Below, piece by piece: positions 14,337-28,299 of a stretch of DNA of 64,000 bases. This DNA is from the human T2T-CHM13v2.0 reference genome, Homo sapiens. The first letter of the stretch is position 1, and every line of letters begins with the position of its first letter. The notes under the pieces were generated by a model. The model was not told where the DNA came from, searched no databases, and saw only the letters and a list, made by a program, of their open reading frames with translations. Location of the stretch: NCBI RefSeq assembly GCF_009914755.1, contig NC_060939.1; one strand, written 5' to 3'. Both the position numbers and the translations under genes were made by a program.

Positions 14337-14556
14337 CAAGGTTTCTCAGCCTCAGCACTTCTGATGTGTTGGACCTCACAATTCTGTGTTGTGGGAGCTG
14401 CCCTGGGCCTTGCAGGCTGTTTAGCTGCAACCTGCCCTCCAACCACTAAAGGCCAGTAGCATTCACCTCCCCTCCCAGCTAAGACAATTAAAAATGTCTC
14501 CAGACATTACCAAATGTCCCTTGAGTGGCAAAATAATCCCCCGTTGAGAACCATTG
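14337..14556. mobile_element. MER20 (hAT-Charlie MITE)
   Basis: aaaaatgtctccagacattaccaaatgtccc...gttgagaaccattg, with TIR-like ends. Confidence 0.85.
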
Positions 14557-14571
14557 CTCTGACTGGACTCA

Positions 14572-14755
14572 GCAGAGGTTCCCAAATCTTCTCTGCCGCA
14601 GAATCACATAAGCAGTTTGCCAAAAATGCAGGTTTCTGGGCCCCAGCCTCAGACATTCTGGTCCAGTAAGTCCAAGCTAGAGACTGGGAATCTGCATTTT
14701 AACAAGCATTTTTAACTGATACAGGTGGTCCTCAGCAAACTTTGGGAAACACTAC
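14572..14755. mobile_element. MER5A-like hAT-Charlie MITE
   Basis: gcaggtttctgggccccagcctcagacattctg...gaatctgcattttaacaagc. Confidence 0.8.
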
Positions 14756-17160
14756 AATGAAGAGTCAATGAAGTAAATAAACATCTTTCCAAAATGCAGA
14801 TGCTTTTCGCTTTGCTGCACTGGAGGAGCAGGGGACTAGCGGATAAACATTAGGCAGCTTTAGAGAAGAAGGCAGGCAGGCCCTCCCTGGTGAGCAGCAC
14901 AAGGCAAGACTTAGGGAAGAAAGTTCTGCCAGGGTGGCGCTGCTGGCCGGGAGAAAGTATGCCAAAGGAATGTGGGGAAATGCCAAAACCAAGTTTAGTC
15001 TATCCTGAGTTTTCGGCCCAGAGGCACCCCCTAGGCTATTGAAATCCATTCTCTTCCCTCCACTTGGGACCTACTGTGAGACAGGCTCTGTGCTAAGCCT
15101 TGTACATACAGTTTGTTATTTTATCCTGTCCCTAACTGTATGAGAAGGCTTATCAAGTTTTAGTTTTATTTCTCTGAGAAATTTCAGTCTCAAAGAACTG
15201 CTGTACAAATTAACTCTTCACCCGCAATCTCTTCATGAAATGGGAACAGCCTGTACTAATCCTAGAGTTCTACCACCCTTAAAAACTCTTTGCAACATTG
15301 TTACAATGAGAAAAAGCTCCATGAGTTGAGAAGGCAGGATCCCTCTCTTGGGTTTCCTGCAGCCCCCAGTACTCTGTCCCTTTGCGTAAAAGAAAGACAT
15401 CCCAGTATGTTTACCCAGGAAGAGGACATTCTAAGCTTCTTTCCCACATATTCTGAAGGGGAAAATGAAAGACAAAGGGACTAGAAATGTCTTCACATTC
15501 CAATACCACGGGTGGGTGTGCAAACCTAGCCACCTTCAGGTGCAGACAGATGATGTAAGTGAGTGAAGCTGGGTAGGAGCGGGGTGTGGGGCAGCCTGTG
15601 TGCATCATTTAGATCACTCTCCTGGTGATGGAACTGTCATATTGGGGTCCAGGCTTGGTTCGGTCCCTCCATATGATAACACCGTATTGGCTTCAGAGTA
15701 ATATGAACATGGAAATGAGAGGAAACCATAGTGGGGAAATGACCCTAAGGTCATTAGGGTTGCAGCAATGAATGAAATGGGAGCCAGTCCATGCATGTGG
15801 TAACAAGTCCTGGCCCAACATGGACACACTGCCATCCGCAGGGACCTCCTTAATCAAAAGGTTGAAACTGGCCAAGCCAGTGCTCTTTGGTCTCCTTGCC
15901 ACCCTTCTATGCTCCCTCTTTTCTTCTCACTGCTATTTTAAGACAATTTTCCCATTAGAAAGAAGTTTTTGTAATTATCTTTCTAAAAAGCACACGCAGC
16001 ATTTTAATCATGTAGAGGCATTTGGTGTAGCACATTTATTTCAGGAAGTGGGGGAAGATGAAGCAAGGTGGAGGTAGAAAATAGAGTGCTGTACACAGAA
16101 CTGGGAGCTCTTGTCTGGGCTCCACCACTGGTAGATGTGTGGTTGGGGGCAAGTCACTTCACATGTCTGAGCCTTAGTTTCCTCAACTGCAAAATGAAGT
16201 GTGTGGACTCACTGATCTCTAAGACTCTTGCAGTTAAGGCTCTAGTGTCCAGGGGCATGAAAGGACTGGACCAATCAAGGGATATGTGAAGGTCTAGAGA
16301 GAAGAACAGGGGAACGGGTCAAACCTGCCAGGCTTTCTCTAAGTTCCAGCAGAATCTACTTCCACGTCTACTCCAAGAAAGAAATAGGAAGGAAAATATA
16401 ATACCCTCAATGCCAAGTCATCAGTTTTAGCTGGAATTATTTCCTCCCATCCATACTACCTCCCTCTCAACCACCAATAACTTAGAAAAGAAGGAAATTT
16501 ACAAAGGCAGAAAGCCATGTTTCTTTGCTGTGGGTACCTGAGCGACCCAGGTCTGGCTTCATTGTGTAAACCATGGGACTGTCTCTCCAGGAGTCTCCTG
16601 GAGTCACAAATCTCCCTCTTTCAAGGTTAGAGTTACCAGGCTATGTGTGTGGCAAGGCCTTTTTCTCTTGGCTCTTTTGTCCAGAGAAAATAGAGATGGC
16701 TTAATTTCTGTCACTTCTGCAGTCCTCCTGTTGGACACCAAGTCCAGTCAGACCTAGCTGGCCAGACACATGAGGAATGCCATGTTCCCACAATCCCATC
16801 CACTATCGCTCACCTCTTCCAACCCTGGCCTGCCCCCGAACTAGCCCACCCTTCACCCCTCCCTGGAATTCTACTCTTGGATGCTGTTCTACCACCCTCC
16901 ATCTCTCTAAAACTTACTGCCTCCACCCATGCCAGTATAACACCCTCCTTTCTGCCTTACTGGTGAAGCCAGCTCAGTGTTAGTAAGAGGGTGCTAAAAT
17001 AGAAGTGAATGCATCCCTGAAGGACATTCTTTCTCTTCTCTGCTAACATAAAGTGGATAAACATTATTTCCTCAAGGTAACTCTTTCTAACCAAAAGAGA
17101 TCCTAATAATAAGGGGTTTCAAACAGGTAGGAAAGAAGACCTGGAGTCTCAGGATTTTAA

Positions 17161-17544
<384 letters not shown>

Positions 17545-17916
17545 TGAGGCCCACAGAGGTGAAGTGACCCACCCAAGATCACACAGCTTAGTGTCAGAGC
17601 CGTTACTTCAATGCACGTCTCCAAACTCCTAGACCTGTATTCTCCTATGGAAAAGCTACTTGAGGTAGATGTAACATTGTGGTACTGTGGACTACATCTA
17701 GTCTAGACAACAGATGATTGACAATACTAGTTTACTGGGTCAGTGATAAGATACCTTAGACAGGAGAAGACGGATGGTAAGAGTATACTGTGGGATTTAT
17801 AAAGGAAGTAAAGAAAATCTTTCAACACAAATTTCTATTTGCACACAAAGCTGATGAGCTTGATACCCAAGAAGGCCTATGTGAGCAAACACATTGCAAT
17901 AAATGCTCTTGGGGAC

Positions 17917-18383
17917 TGTTTTGGGTTGAATTATGTCCACCAAAAAAGATATGCCCAAGTCTTAACCCTCAGAACCTGTGAGTGTGACCTTCTTTGGAAA
18001 TAGGGTCTTTGCAAATGTCATCAAATAAAGATGAGATTATATTAGATGAGAGTGAGCCCTAATCCAATGACTGATGTTCTTATAAAAAAGAGGGAAATTT
18101 GGCCATGGACACACAGAGAGAATGCATGTGAAGACAGAGGCAGAGATTGGAGTGATGCATCTACAAGCCAAGGAGCACCAAGAATTGCAGGCAACTGCCA
18201 AAAGCTAGAAGAGACAAGGAAGAGCTCTAAGATTCCTCCCCTAGAGCTTTTAGAGACAGCGTGACTTGGCTGATATCTTGATTTCAGACGTCCAGCCTCA
18301 AGAACTGTGAGAGAATCGATTTCTATAGTAGTAAGCCACGCAGTTTGTGGGACTTGTTACAGAAGCCCTAGGAAACTAATGCG
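17917..18383 (+). mobile_element. MaLR solo LTR, MLT1B/C-like
   Basis: tgttttgggttgaattatgtcc...ggaaatagggtctttgcaaatg...gccctaggaaactaat. Confidence 0.88.
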
Positions 18384-19469
18384 ATCTGGGAAACAGTTGG
18401 CTGGGCTGGGCTGAAGTGAAGAGACTGAAATCATGCAAATGCATATCACAAGGCAAGTTCCATGGGCTGGTCCTATGATGAGGCTATCCTGCACAGTGTG
18501 GCCTCTCATCTACGCTACTCCATTCCCATACTTCAGAGGCTGCCTGTCTTGCTTGGAGGCAAGTGAGAGGTTGGGAAGTGGAGGAACATTGGAGTGAGAC
18601 ACACCTGGTTAGGAATCCTCAGTCTGCTACTTACTAGTTGTGAAGTATCCTGTGGATCACAGACACCTGGGCTCTCAGTGTCCTCACCTGGAGAACACGG
18701 CCTTCCTCAGGGGGTTGTGGTGAGGGCCACTGCAGTTACCTGCCAAAGCTCGTCAAGGTTGGTTTCTTTGCCTCTGCTTTATTAAGTCTTTGAGCCAAGT
18801 TGAGAATTGGAAAGGAAACTAACATTTTCAACACCTCCCGTGTGAGAAAGGAACCCTACATTCATTAAATACTGGTGCTGCGAGGGGGCTTTCAAGCCAA
18901 TTCTCTCATTTTAAAGAGGAGAACACTGTCACGTTGTAGATTTTCCACATTCCCCACTATGTTGGGCACCTGGGAGACCTTTAAATGAATGTCTGCTGAT
19001 GGATGAATGGACTTGGAAAGGCCTCTAAAGAAAGGAGACTCAGTCTTATGGGGAGAATGAAGTCACATTTGACACCATTTAATGGGCTTTGCCCACCTCA
19101 CTACTTTGCCCAGACTGGGATCTCACTGTCCTATTTCTGGCTCAATATCTTTCAAAGAATGGTTTGCTAGGCCCCCTTCCCTGAGAGACCTTCAGGTGGT
19201 CCAAAGTCTGAGCTTCAATTAAAGTTACTCAAAACAGGTGGTCAGGATTCATAAAGTGTTTTCAGCTATATAATTTATTCTACATCATAAGACCAAATGA
19301 AGAACCATTTTTTAAAAAGAATATTTAACCCAAAGTCAACTCTAGCTTAGCGCAGATGAAAAATATAGTCCCTATCATAAAGAGAAAATATGCAAGAAAA
19401 CAAAGTAAAGAGTAGCTATAACAATCCCACTTTTTACCCAAGAGTAATATGCCTTCCATTCCCACCCAA

Positions 19470-19730
19470 GCTACTGCCTTTTTCACTTACCCCACTTTAT
19501 TGCTCTCCATAGCACTTAATGCCATCTGAAATAGTATATTTTTTCATTTATTCAATTGAACCTATCTCCGCTCACTAAAATATTTCACAATGATTCAGAC
19601 CTGGTCTCTTTTGTTTACTGATGCTTAGAACTGATTCATTTTGTTCATGGATGCCCAGTGCCTAGAACAGTTCCTGCTGCATAATTGATTCATAATACAT
19701 ATTTGTTAAATAAATGGATGAATGGATTAG
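19470..19730 (+). mobile_element. L2 3' end
   Basis: cccagtgcctagaacagttcctg...atatttgttaaataaatggatgaatgga. Confidence 0.7.
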
Positions 19731-20799
19731 CAAATAAGTTGGGGCAGGGAGAGGAGCAGTCACATGATATGGATAAGAAGGTAGAATATGAAGTGGCTTT
19801 TTTCCTGTAAACTTTGCCCCTAAATCCACCAGCCCTGTGTCAACTAGCCATTAAGATCATCTTTCTCTCAGTTCTCTCCTATGAATCCATTATTACCAAG
19901 CAAGGTTTGATTTAAAATTTTTTATGTGCTTTTTCCTACAGATGGGAATACAGAGCTCACAACTTTGGTTCATTTGGTATGATATTTTTACTGTAAATTA
20001 ATAGCTTAGCATTTCATTTTTCAAAATTGGTTCACATCTCAAAAGAATTCTGAGGAACAGAACAACAACCAGGATGGAAACCTGTGGTGAAGACAGATAA
20101 GAATGGCACACAGGAGATTTGGGCTCTAGATCTCACTCTGCTTTAACTCATCTGTGTGGCCTTTGAAAAACCTGGGGTTTGGTTTCACCATTAAGGAATT
20201 GACCTTGATAACTTCTGAGTCTTCCGTCTTTCAAAGTTAGGATTCTATAAAACTTAATAAGTAAGTTCTTTCACGTATTTTGACTTCATAAGAGATGTCA
20301 TTAGCTTGTATCGGACATCACGGATATCGGCAATCTTGTGAGGTTCATTTGGGTCGTGGGGTCAGCACTTTTTCTGGAGTCAGTGATTATTGCCATGAAA
20401 AGACAGATGGTGCCCCCATTAAAAATCTAAAACGCCAGAGGAGGCACTCCCTAGGGAAACTGGAGATCACACAGCAACTCTTTTCACATTTAAAATTGTA
20501 CAGGTGTGTGGGTATGGGGAGGTTGCAGGAGGTACAAGAGGAAAGGAAAGCTGAGGCAGAGGCTAGAGGATGTGTAGGTGATGGTAAGGCAAGTGCAGAG
20601 AGCCCAGGTTTGGAGACTCACTCGTTTTCCCATGAGGGCCTGGCACACACCTAATCTTGATAAATGAGAATATGCCCATGAACTTTGAGTAGAAACATGA
20701 AAATATTTCCATTATGTGCCATGTCACTGTGGGTGAGGGCGAGAGCTGCATGTCCCATACATTTATCTGCTTTAGAGGTTTTAGTTACCCATTTGCCAG

Positions 20800-21990
20800 G
20801 ACTGCCCAAGCCTGCTCTCTCTGTAACCCTTCCAGTGTTTATTATTTGAACTTCCCTGAGATCCTAATTGTCTGTTTGTAATACTGAGATCCTAATTGTC
20901 TGTAATACAGTTCTTGGGCTAGCTCTCTATACCTTCAGATCAGACATCTCGCCTGAGTGCTAGTTTTATATGACTGTCTACCTACATATTAGCATTATTT
21001 ACAAATAATTACATTAAATTTAATATGTCAAAAACAAACTTAAAATGAGTCCATTTCCTAATTTACTCTGCTTCAGTCATTGGCATCACTGATGTCATTC
21101 TGAGACTTCAATTTGAAAGTTTTTTTTTCACCCTTTACAACCCTCCATCAATAATCAATCACAACCCCAATAAACAACAATGGTAACAAAATAATCAATC
21201 TACCCACTGCTCCATAAATGTTCACTACTCTATTAGTTATATTATGATTTGAAATGATCTGCTTAATCTCCCAGGGTTGTTGAGGCTTCTCTCATTCTTC
21301 TGTCACAGAATGCCTTACCATTCACCTCCTTTCTCTCCTCTCCACCTTAATCAGTGTTCTCATTGCCTCATACCTAAACTCTCAGAGTATCTTTCTTACT
21401 GTCCTCCAAGTCTCTAATTTTTCCCTGCTTCAATCCATGTCAAATAAATCAACCAACTGGTCTTTTAAAAATTACTTTCAGCAAGTCATGCCCTACAAAC
21501 CTAGGAGGATTCTCATTTATCAATCACAGTATTTACAATCTCCTCATTTGGCATTTAAGAGCTTCAGTCAACTTCGGTCTCCCAAGCTACCCGTGATCTC
21601 TATTTGTCTTTATTCAACTCATACTTGTTTGAGTACTACAAGCCACCCCCTCCCTCAGTCACCCACTATTCTCCAGCATTCCCCTTCCTCTTCCATAAGG
21701 CCCAGCCTGTGTGATGCTCCCCTGCAGCCACCACAGTGACTTTGCTCCTATTCTTGGCCTACCAGGAATCCCCTCCTTTCTGCCAACCCAGATCTGACAT
21801 TTCTTCCAAGATTCATCTTCTCCTGAGGGTTCCCCATGTGAATGAATCCCAGATCACATAATCTTTCCTTTTTTCTGAATTCCCTCAGCATTCTCATATT
21901 AGCTATCTATTGCTAAGTATTATTATCTTAGTATTTCGCATGTATTCATTGATCTCATTGAAATCTGAGCTGCAAAAGGGCACAGGCCAA
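20800..21990 (+). mobile_element. Degraded L2 fragments
   Basis: Pyrimidine-rich L2-like sequence (ctgcttcaatccatgtc..., atttggcatttaagagc). Confidence 0.5.
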
Positions 21991-22672
21991 ATCTTCATTT
22001 GCCCACATCTTGACTGAGCAAGGACAGATACAAGGCCAGTAAGGACCTTGATTTTGCCCATAGCTCATGGACAAGGCCTACTTGCTGCAGCGTAGGCAGT
22101 AAAGGCAATAAATGTGCACCGGAGAGCTAAGACTAGCTCCTGGCACAAGGTTAGAGACTCGGACGTGTTTTGAGAAGTGTTTGTTAAATGCTGAAATAAA
22201 TTTTTAAAGAATAATTCAAGCCCCTTACACACCATGTGTTTCTACAGCACAGAAATCTTTACTGTATTCATCCAAAATACAATGGCCAGTATAACCTACC
22301 AGGTCTCAATCACTGATCAGATTTGAAGTCCTTGACTCTTTTTGGCCAGAATACTAGGTCCAGCGGGGACAAAGTGGTGCCATCAGCTGCCTCTATCAGA
22401 ACTTGCCTCTACACCTGCCAAGTACCCACAAGTTCATGTCCTACAAGTTAGCACCGGTTCATGTCCTTGAACCAAAGGCTGCCTGACTCCAGTACAAGTC
22501 AGATAGTTGTAGGGACATATATAAACCCAGCTCCCCTCCGCCTTGGTCCAGTTGAATCATGTCCTGTCCAAACACAGAACCCAGGCAGGTAACATTAGAC
22601 CCCTTGCAGAAAGCAGAGAAGATGCCCCCTTCCACGGAAGTTCTTAGAGGGCAGAGAGGAAAATGGACTTAC

Positions 22673-23257
22673 CCTCACACAGTAGTTCATGCCCATCCCC
22701 AACAGGTGCTGTAGAAAGTGCCTGTCCTGCCTGCTCCTAAGTGTTGGCTCCCCAGGGCCAGGAAGCGGGCACGAATCAGGGGTTAGGGCGGTTGCCCTGT
22801 GTCCCACCAGGTCCTGCTGCGGTGGAGGTGCAGTCCCGGACCTACTTAAACTGGTTTCTGGGGAAGAGGGGCCGCTGGAACCTGGGTCCCGGCTTTCCTG
22901 GAGCTTCAGCCGAGGCACCTCTTTGGTACCCAGGCAAAAGTTTTTCAGACTCAGCAAAGTGGCCGGGTTGGCCAGCTTCATGCTTGCCATGCGGGGGATC
23001 AAGGTGCACAGTGGGGTGGGGCTCTCCTGCGACGGCAAGGTGGCATCTTCAGTCGGCAGGTGAGGTGCCAGGGCGGGGTGGGGAGGCTGCGGCGAGCCCT
23101 TGTTCCCGACCGAGCCTCCGGAGCTACCTTCGTCCAAGGACGTGATCGACTCGTTCCGAAAGCGGCTGTACTTGGCCCTGTGCAGCATCCCGGGGTGCCC
23201 GAAGAGTCCTACATACAGCACGAGTCCTGCCAGGCTGTCCTGGCCGCGTTCTCGCAT
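22673..23257 (-). CDS. SHC4: SHC4 (ShcD/RaLP) adaptor, coding exon 1: CH2 region and start of the PTB domain
   Basis: The translation MRERGQDSLAGLVLYVGLFGHPGMLHRAKYSRFRNESITSLDE...LLGMGMNYCVR is recognisable as the SHC4 N-terminus. It ends at a canonical donor, GTG AGG|GTAAGT (+ strand acttac at 22667-22672). The exon is 585 nt = 195 codons, phase 0. The ORF-track extension to 22595 is intronic. Confidence 0.97.
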
Positions 23258-24300
23258 AGCCTTGGCAGTGCTGAAACAGGATACTGTTGCATAAATCGCC
23301 TCGTCGTCTGGTAGATAAACGGTGCAGACATCAGATACCTCAACGCCCGATGCAACTCACAGCAGCCACCTCTCCAACTCTGCTCTCGAGCTCGCCCACC
23401 TCGGCTCCCGGCCCCTTAAGGGTGACAGCCCATGGGGGAAACGCCTCCCCTGCTCTGATTTCAGTCCCTCCCTGGCCCAGGCAGAGGCACCAGTGTTCTC
23501 GCCTTGGAATCCTTGTCGGGAGAGCCTAGACCCAGGCTCCCGGCGGCGCGGGTCGCTCACGGCCAACTCTTAGGCGCAGAACCCGGGCGAGCGCCGGTCG
23601 GGGGGCCCGCTGCATCACTAGCCTTGCAGGAGCCTAGTAGAAATATTTAGCACCCGACTCCCACCCTCACCCCAGCCTTCTGTTCTGCACACAGGAACTT
23701 TCGAACCTGCTCCCTTCGGCTCTCACAGGGCGGGGCAAATGACTGGCCTATTAACCCTTTATTTGTTCCAGTGATTGTTCATTTAAAAAGGAAAAAAAAA
23801 TGTATCTATGAACCAAAGGCCCTTTTGCCTGGGTTCGTTGATTCCAAAGGCTGCCCTCTCTTGGAAGATCTTGTCTTGCATCCCGTTCTGGGCCACCAGC
23901 CAGGAGTACTACTGACGGGCGCTGCTCCGCATTGTTTCACTGACTTGTGATGGGTCCGTGTTCCTCAGATCCCCTCCCAGCCTGCCTACCCTCGCTCAGA
24001 GCTTCCCTCCCTCCTGGATTCCTCTCGGAGCTTTTTTCAGAAGCCCATTTGCAGCCGAAAGCTGAGATGTGCAGGATGATACGCAGCGTGTTGAAATTTT
24101 TATGAATGAACTTTGCCGAATGAATTTCTCTGTGTGTGTGCAAGCTAATAAATCTGTGAATGAAGCTGAGAATAGCTGTAATTGACTGACGGTCTCAGAG
24201 GTGCTTGGTTTTTATCCAATCAGGAGGCAGCTTGATGACTCATACACCATAAATATACTAAACTAGTAGCCGAGAGAAATAAAGCTAGCGGGAGAGGAGG
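22900..24300 (-). promoter_or_regulatory. SHC4: SHC4 CpG-rich promoter / 5'UTR region
   Basis: CpG density is high at ~22950-23740, with GC boxes (gggcgggg ~23728). There is a CCAAT at 24216-24220 and an AP-1 TGACTCA at 24236-24242. The exact TSS cannot be read from sequence. Confidence 0.75.
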
Positions 24301-25369
24301 GACGTATTTTATTTTGTGGTATCTGATGAATGAGTTAAAAGGAAAGGCAATCTTTACTACAGATCATTAGCCGGGGAGCAGCAGGTTAAAAGATCTATTT
24401 TCTTTCTTGTTGAGATGGCCGGGAGGGCAGAGCAGAAGAGCTAAAAATTAGACCCATTGTTACAGGGATATTAGGACATATGGTTCACAACTCCTGTGGG
24501 AAGCCATGATGCATTTTTCTTAGAAACATAGTTCTTTTTTTATTGATTGTTGGTTCCATCTTCCGTCTGGTGCGACTTCCTGTACCTATCAAATGCATCC
24601 TGAAGACATGATGACAACTGCAAAGGCTTAGCACACAGGAAGCCAAAACCAGAGCTGGGAAAAGGAAATGCAGGTTCTTCAGGAATGGAGAAGAGGAAAC
24701 TGCTGAAACACTGGGGGTGTGGGGTGTCGGGGTGGGGTGGAAATCACACATAGGAAGAGATAAAGAACTCTCAGAAAAGATTGCATTACTCCGTGTCTCA
24801 AGGCTTTGACATCTGAAATTGTTCATTAATTAAAAAATTAAGACAAACTGGCAACCAAAGGAATTAAGGGTGCCACCTTCATTATCTTATTGTCCCTAAT
24901 GCTGGATTAGGCTTATGTATATTCATGACTTTGGGAGCCTGAGCTCCCTTGGGATCCAAACACAGGTTCTGAATTAAATGGTTGAGAGTGACCAGTGAAA
25001 GCGGCATCCTCCTCCCAAGCTCCCTGGTCCCCCAGGGAAATAAAGCACCCATCACATCCTGTCTGCCAAGCCTGTTCAGACATTTCTTTCCCTGGAAAGG
25101 CCTTTCTGCATCTTCATAAATCTTCCCTTCAATCCTTGTTGACCTCCTTTTCCCTGCCCTACATCTCCTCCTGGCAAAACTGAGGGAAGTAGCTAAATCA
25201 GTTGGACCCCACATCCCTGGGGCTGAGGAGACAGGCTCTGGGCAAGAATATTTACCTCTCATTCCTCCTCATTCCTCATCTGCTTTCTTCCTCTCATTTT
25301 TCCTGCCTTCCCCTGGGTCCCTGGGTCCCTGTGTTGCTTCTGTTATGCTATGATGACCTCATTATATGC

Positions 25370-27150
25370 TCCCTTTAGAAAGTTACTTTACCTCTCCGTG
25401 CCTGAATGTCCTCATATGTTGGCAGCAGCCATCTAATGGGGTTGTTATGAGGGCTTACGAGGCCCAATGCTCCATACAGTGCCCATCTCACTAAGTACAT
25501 GTGGGCAGTATGAAAAAATGGCCATTGGAACCAGAGCTACCTCCCCTTGAAGCTCATATTCTTAACCCTCACACTGCAGAGTTTACATCATTCTAGGCAA
25601 CTAAAAAGAAAAATTAGTACAAAGTGGGAGAAGCTAAGAAACTCAACATTGTCCAAAGAAAACAATTTTTTAAATCAGGTGGGCCTGGAGAAGGCTGGAA
25701 AGGACATGGGCCTGCCTGGCTGATAGGAATCCTTACAGAGGTCTCATGACTGCAGGATGGGGTGTCCAGGGGAGCCAGCTCATCTAGGTAGGCACCATGC
25801 TGGCCAGACTCCAGGAGCCCAGACCAGCCTACATGCCTCAGAAAGTGTGAGTCCTGGGAGGGTTGGGGGTTGCGAAGTGGGACTAAGTAAGGTAAGAAAG
25901 CAGTCATGGCCATTGTGGGCTCCTTCTCTTCCCAAAGCCTAGAGACCTTGGCTGTCCTGGGTAGCTCTGCTACAGCGTTTTACGAGGGTGAAAGAGACCA
26001 GATCTGCAACTGGAAGTGGGGAATAGCCTCTAGGCTGAGCCTGCCCAGCTGGACCACTCTCTCAGTCCTAACAGCCCAAGAGAAGGCTCGTTGATTGAAT
26101 TGCTTTTCATTCTAGGTAGATGGGTGGGTAAAGCAGATGGTTTGCTTTTTCCAGGGCATTAGAACATCCTCTTCAATTAGTCATGATTAAAATAATATTA
26201 ATAAGAGCTACTATTTGTGGAACACCTGACAGTTTACCTACATTCTGGTTCAATTATTATAACAAATTGTGGATGCTTGGATTATGTTCCTCACTGCCTT
26301 ACAGATATGAAAATGAGGCTGAGAGAAAGGGCAGTGACTTGTTCAAGGTGCTCCAGCTGTTGAGCAATGATCTTGGGATCCCTCTGGGCCTGATTGCAAA
26401 GCCTCTGCTGGCAGCCACTGTACTCTGCTGCCTCCCAGGGGACCAGAGAGCTCAAGTCTAGTTTCCAGGCCTATGATGGCTACAGGGCATCTTACTGCTT
26501 CCTAAAGCTCTGAGAAATGACTGGACAGGAAGATGAGCTGGGGATTTTTGGAGGTTCTAGGGTTGTTGGGAAGCCTACCCCTGAGCTGGCCCTCACAGAT
26601 CAATGAGATCAGGGCTGGCAGAATATTTTCCTATCTATGGTTTTCCTGTATCTACCCCTCCAAAACCCCCAGGGAAAGTGTATTTAGCCCAAAGATCATT
26701 TATCAGAAGATAATACTAGACTAGATATCTCAGGAAACCTTTGTAACTGGGCCACTACCTACAAGCAGTATGCACTCAGCAGCAAAATGTAATTGGATGA
26801 ACATTAATCTGGGAATTCCAGAACCAGCTGTGGGATTTTGAGTAAGTTATTTAACCTCTCTGAGACTTAGGTTTTGTATATGTAAAATGTGCACAATAAT
26901 AATAACATCTGCTGAGCACTAACTCTAGATCAGGTCCTGAACTAAGTGTTTCACATTTAAGCCCCCCAGCAAGCCTATGCAGCAGGTGCTATCTGACATT
27001 TACTGACTTGCCCAAGTCACATAACCAGGAAGTGGTAGTTGTGGTGTAGAATCGAGCACTGACTCACTCCAAACTATGCCCTTAACCACTGTGATATGAT
27101 CCAGTGTATATGAACCTAACTCCTACTGCATGCTCGATAAATGTTAGTTC
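25370..27150. mobile_element. Cluster of MIR fragments (~25370-25500, 26200-26430, 26780-27150)
   Basis: MIR core motifs, e.g. aagttatttaacctctctgagacttaggtttt and gacttgcccaagtcaca. Confidence 0.65.
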
Positions 27151-28299
27151 TTGCTCCTTTCTCCTCCTTGGAAAGCATACCTATAAAATTCACCCTAAAT
27201 ACCTCACAAGTAACAACATGAATAATAGATAAGAAAAACCATTATTGTCATTAAATCATCTAAGAACCATGAATGCCTCATCATTGCCCTTGGAAAACAG
27301 AGTTCTGCTTAGACCCCAGCAGTATGCCTCCTTTACTCTGAGACATCCCCTCTCTAAAGGCACCTGCTAGGAAACAACATGTCAGCTTCTTAAGAGACAT
27401 CCTATGCTGGCTGAGCTTCTTGAGTAGAACAGGCAGTTTCAAGGAAGACCTGGGTCAGGCTGGGTCATGCTACAATTAGCCAGGTCCAGGAGGAGGAGAG
27501 AAGAGAACCTGGCAAAAATGCCAGCCCAGTTTTGAAGATAATCCAATATGGAATTCGGGGTAGAGGAAGGTTGTGCTAGAGGATATGGGGAAGAGGAGAG
27601 AGAACAAGGCAGAAACATAATAACTCTGGGGGGCTGTAGGCCAATTGCTACTTTGGAACAAAGTGGAGCAGGTGGCATCTGAGTGTTATAGCACAAGGAC
27701 TGTTACTTCATCCCTCCACTACAATTTCTACCATAAAGCAGGCCTACTAGCAAAGGATTTTCACTGAGCAATACCCACAATGAGTCTAACAGCCCATCAG
27801 CTGGGAATGAAAACATTGCTGAAGCTCTATTTTGGGGAAAAAATTCCACAAGAAAATATTTATATAAAGTTCTTGGTAGAGACCAAAATATCATTTTCAG
27901 GATGGGGAAATGAGATGGTGAAGAAGAATTGTATCTCTGAGAGTAAGGGCCTAGCCTCACAAAAATCATATCCCCCAAAGTTGTCATTAACTCTAGAAAT
28001 AATCACCTTTTGCTTCCTGAACCCAATGTTTTCTGTTTTTTTCACAGTCTCCAGCCCTGTAGGTCAACAGTTTTCTGATGGCTGCTGTTGATCTCACACT
28101 CCTAGAACTAGGACCAGCTAAAAAAAAAATGAACAGGAAAACGGATATTTTCCTATCTGTTGAAAAGAAAATAATGTACCTGGGAAGGCTATGTAAAGAG
28201 TTAGCATGAAGATGAAAAGTAGATGAATTACTTAGGGTCATGTTCAGTTGAAAATAAGATAAAAATTAAAAATTATAATAGATTAAATAGAAAGTTTAT

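Noticed and set aside
22689-23314. Plus-strand ORFs antisense to SHC4 exon 1
   Set aside because: They are shadow ORFs of a GC-rich coding exon with no independent support.
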